In this document: positions 9,050 to 11,511 of the stretch, in pieces | Layout: each line of letters opens with the position of its first letter | Position numbering within the stretch: position 1 is the stretch's first letter | Translations under genes and position numbers: made by a program | The notes under the pieces: generated by a model | Databases searched by the model: none | What the model was told of the DNA's origin: nothing | Seen by the model: only the letters and a program-made list of their open reading frames with translations | From: Octopus sinensis | Lineage: Eukaryota | Direction: 5' to 3' | NCBI RefSeq assembly: GCF_006345805.1 | Contig: NW_021826909.1 | Span: forward strand, 1-11,511 | Length of the DNA: 11,511 nucleotides

Positions 9050-9235
9050 CAGTTTTCTCTTTACGTCCTGTTCTGTTTCTTTTTCTTTTTTTTGTGTGTT
9101 TGTTTGTTGTTTTTTTTTAATCTTATTTTCTAAATTTTTTGTTTGTTTTTAAATAATTCCATTTTTTTAATATCTTTTTATTTATTTTTTTGTTTTTCTT
9201 TTGTTTTCTGGGTTTTTTTTTGGTTTGCTTTTTCA
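9050..9235. repeat. T-rich low-complexity tract
   Basis: Direct reading. Confidence 0.8.
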
Positions 9236-9578
9236 CCACCATCTTGGCAGTCCAATTAATACAAATTAATCTATTTTAGATATCGTTCTTAAATACCATT
9301 AAAATCAATAATAATAAGTGGAGAGAGAGAGAGGAAAGGAGAGAGAGAGAGAGAGAGAAGGAGGGAGAGAGAGGAAATATTTCTTTTGCTACAAAAGAGA
9401 AATAAATTCTCTACTCTCTTTAAGAATAATAAAAATTGGTTTGAGACGACTGACGCCTCTCACTTGCAATATTCCAGCAATGTTTTCTTTTTTTAGTGTC
9501 ATGAAAATTGGAAACATAAAACCTAACTGAAAATATAACCAAAATTACCATCTCCATCATAATTTTAACATCCACTTC

Positions 9579-9694
9579 TTCATGGGTCAGTCGGAATTTG
9601 CCAAGGCAGATATTCTACGGTTGGAGACTGACCCTCAGCCGTTTCTAAGCAAGGTAATAGTTCTTCATGGCCAAACATGTTTCCATGGAATATT
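9579..9694 (-). mobile_element. Degenerate fragment related to family R (host of later SINE insertions; duplicated at 9754-9869)
   Basis: 9605-9625 (GGCAGATATTCTACGGTTGGA) matches the reverse complement of 546-566 at 18/21 positions. The extent of the fragment is uncertain. Confidence 0.45.
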
Positions 9695-9928
9695 CCTTTC
9701 TACTCTAGGCAAAAGGCCTGAAATTTTGGGGGAGAGGGCCAGTCAATTAGATCTTCATGGGTCAGTTGGAATTTGCCATGGCAGATATTCTACGGTTGGA
9801 GACTGACCCTCAGCCGTTTCTAAGCAAGGTAATAGTTCTTCATGGCCAAACATGTTTCCATGGAATATTCCTTTCTACTCTAGGCAAAAGGCCTGAAATT
9901 TTGGGGGAGAGGGCCAGTCAATTAGATC
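9579..9928. repeat. Recent 175-bp tandem duplication (9579-9753, 9754-9928)
   Basis: The copies differ at only 2 positions that I can find (GTCGG/GTTGG; CCAAGG/CCATGG). There is 2-nt TC microhomology at the breakpoint. Confidence 0.96.
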
Positions 9929-10034
9929 AACCTCAGTACGCAACTGGTACTTAATTTGTCAACCCCGAAAGGATGAAAGGCAATGTCAACCTTGGCAGAA
10001 TTTGAACTCAGACGGTAAAGACAGACGAAATACC
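9871..10034 (-). mobile_element. Nin/Deu-like SINE with alternative tail (family N2), lacking its own 5' head
   Basis: Minus strand reads GGTATTTCGTCTG...GAGTTCAAATTC...GCCTTTCATCCTTTCGGGG..., homologous to N1, followed by a different tail (...CCCCCAAAATTTCAGGCC...GTAGAAAGGAATA). Confidence 0.85.
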
Positions 10035-10264
10035 TATTTCTTTATTACCCACAAGAGGCTAAACATAGAGTGGACAAACAAGGACAGACATAGGTACTAA
10101 GTCGATTACATCGACCCCAGTGCGTAACTGGTACTTAATTTATTGACCCCAAAAGAATGAAAGGCAAAGTCGACCTCGGCGGAATTTGAACTCACAACGT
10201 AACGCAGACGAAATACCGCTAAGCATTTTGCCCAGTGTGCCAACATCTCTGCCAGCTCGCTGCC
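10035..10264 (-). mobile_element. Family N1 SINE with tRNA-like head, fused head-to-tail to the N2 copy
   Basis: Reverse-complement homology to 5813-6057 along its length, from GGCAGCGAGCTGGCAG to AATAAAGAAATA. A 16-bp TSD encloses the N1+N2 unit (9855-9870, 10268-10283; 15/16 identical). Confidence 0.9.
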
Positions 10265-10282
10265 TTCTTTTCATGGAATATT

Positions 10283-10592
10283 CGGAAGCACATGGCCTAG
10301 TGGTTAGAGCAGTGGACTCGCGGTCGAAGGATCACGGGTTCGAATCTCAGACCGGGCGATGTGTGTGTTTATGAGCGAAAACACCTAAGCTCCACGCGGA
10401 TCCGGCAGAAGGTAATGGCAAACTTCTGCTGACCCTTTCGCCACAACTTTCTCTCACTCTTTCCTCCTGCATCTTGCAGCTCATCTGCGACGGACCAGCG
10501 TCCTATCCAGGTGGGGAACCTACACACCAAGAAATCGGGAAACCGGCTCTTATGAGCCAGGCATGGTTTGAGAAGGAACAAACAACAAACAA
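10283..10592 (+). mobile_element. tRNA-derived SINE family E (family A head and middle with a different tail)
   Basis: A box TGGCCTAGTGG and a strong B box GGTTCGAATC. The middle matches the reverse complement of family A (GAGCGAAAACACCTAAGCTCCAC; CACAACTTTCTCTCACTCTT). It has an (AAC)n-type tail and an 11-bp TSD CATGGAATATT (10272-10282, 10593-10603). Confidence 0.9.
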
Positions 10593-10649
10593 CATGGAAT
10601 ATTGGAATCAAATGATACCATTTCTATATACAACTACCATGTGACGTCA

Positions 10650-10941
10650 GTGAAGGCATGTGACCTAGTGGTTAGTGGTACTTGGCTTATGATCAAATAG
10701 ATTGTGAGTTTGATCCCTGGCAGCGTATTGTATCCTTGGGCAAAACACTTTATTTCACATTGCTCCAGTCCACTCAGCTGGCAAGAATGAGTGGTATCTG
10801 TAATTCAAAGGGCCAGCCTTGTCACATTCTGTGTCATGCTGAATCTCCCTCAGAACTATGTTAAGGGTACACGGGTCAATGGAGTGCTCAACCGCTTGCA
10901 CATCAATTCTACAAGCAGGCTGTTCCACTGATCAGATCAAC
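10650..10941 (+). mobile_element. Old tRNA-CORE-type SINE (F), 3'-truncated, sharing the family A tail
   Basis: Degenerate A/B boxes (CCTAGTGGTTAG; GAGTTTGATCCC) and CORE-like TCCTTGGGCAAAACACTTTA. The 3' ~150 bp are homologous to the family A tail. Confidence 0.85.
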
Positions 10942-10961
10942 AAAAATAGTTGACTTTTATT

Positions 10962-11294
10962 GTGAAAGCACATGGCTCAGTGGTTAAGAGTATTAAGCTC
11001 CCAATCCTAAGATCATGAGTTCAATTCCTGGCAGCATGGCATGTCCTCCAGCGAGACAGTTTCTTTCATGTTACTCCAATCCATTCAGCTGCCAAAATGA
11101 GTTGTAGCTATATTCTAAAATTCCAAAGGGCTAACCAGGTCACGTTCTGTGTCACATTCTGAGTCTCCCAGAGGACCATGTTATGGGTATGCATGTCTAT
11201 GGAGTACTCAGCCACTTCCACATCAATTCTACAAGTAGACTGTTCCATTGATCAGATGAAGTGGAACCCTTGTTGTTATAGCCTACGGAGTGCC
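10962..11294 (+). mobile_element. Old tRNA-CORE-type SINE (G), same family as F
   Basis: A box TGGCTCAGTGG and B box GAGTTCAATTCC. It is colinear with F and ends in GGAGTGCC, like the family A tail end. Confidence 0.83.
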
Positions 11295-11351
11295 AGTTTA
11301 TCATGTGATGTTAAAACAAGACACTCAAATCATGGAAACACTCAGATTATA

Positions 11352-11511
11352 GTGGTGGCGGCGGTAGTGGTGGTGGTGGTGGTGATGATAGTGGTGGTAG
11401 TGGTAGTGGTGGTAGTTGTGGCAGTGGTAATGATGATGGTGATGCTGCTCCTGTTGATTGTTGTTGTTGTTGTTGTTAAGCAAAAAGACGGGTAAGGATG
11501 ATTAGTGATGG
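11352..11511. repeat. (GTG/GTA)n-(GAT)n-(GTT)n trinucleotide tract
   Basis: Direct reading. Confidence 0.9.

Noticed and set aside
9582-9954. Two similar 65-74 aa ORFs suggesting a duplicated small gene
   Set aside because: They are by-products of the 175-bp duplication of repeat-derived sequence, and the second half reads through an antisense SINE tail.

Overview
This is eukaryotic non-coding DNA (intronic or intergenic). No protein-coding gene, CRISPR array or intact RNA gene is supported. The listed ORFs are translations of microsatellites or repeats. The window is a dense mosaic of simple repeats ((TA)n, (CA)n, (GA)n, (GAT)n, (CCA)n), two minisatellite arrays (~61 bp and ~80 bp units) and about 13 SINE-like copies or fragments from several families. 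Most intact heads are tRNA-derived with Pol III A/B boxes. From memory, these families and the microsatellite density resemble Octopus/coleoid cephalopod genomes; no database search was run, and family letters used here (A, B, E, F/G, H, N1, N2, R) are local labels. I cannot demonstrate a new biological system. The best leads concern retroposon biology: (1) a palindromic site hit by two oppositely oriented SINE insertions, each with its own target-site duplication; (2) a SINE dimer joined at a GAAATA|GGTATTTC junction where the element's 3' end is complementary to its own head; (3) head/core/tail module swapping among families; (4) a small hairpin with a compensatory base-pair change shared between families; (5) an element whose 5' end is a tandem array rather than a tRNA promoter.
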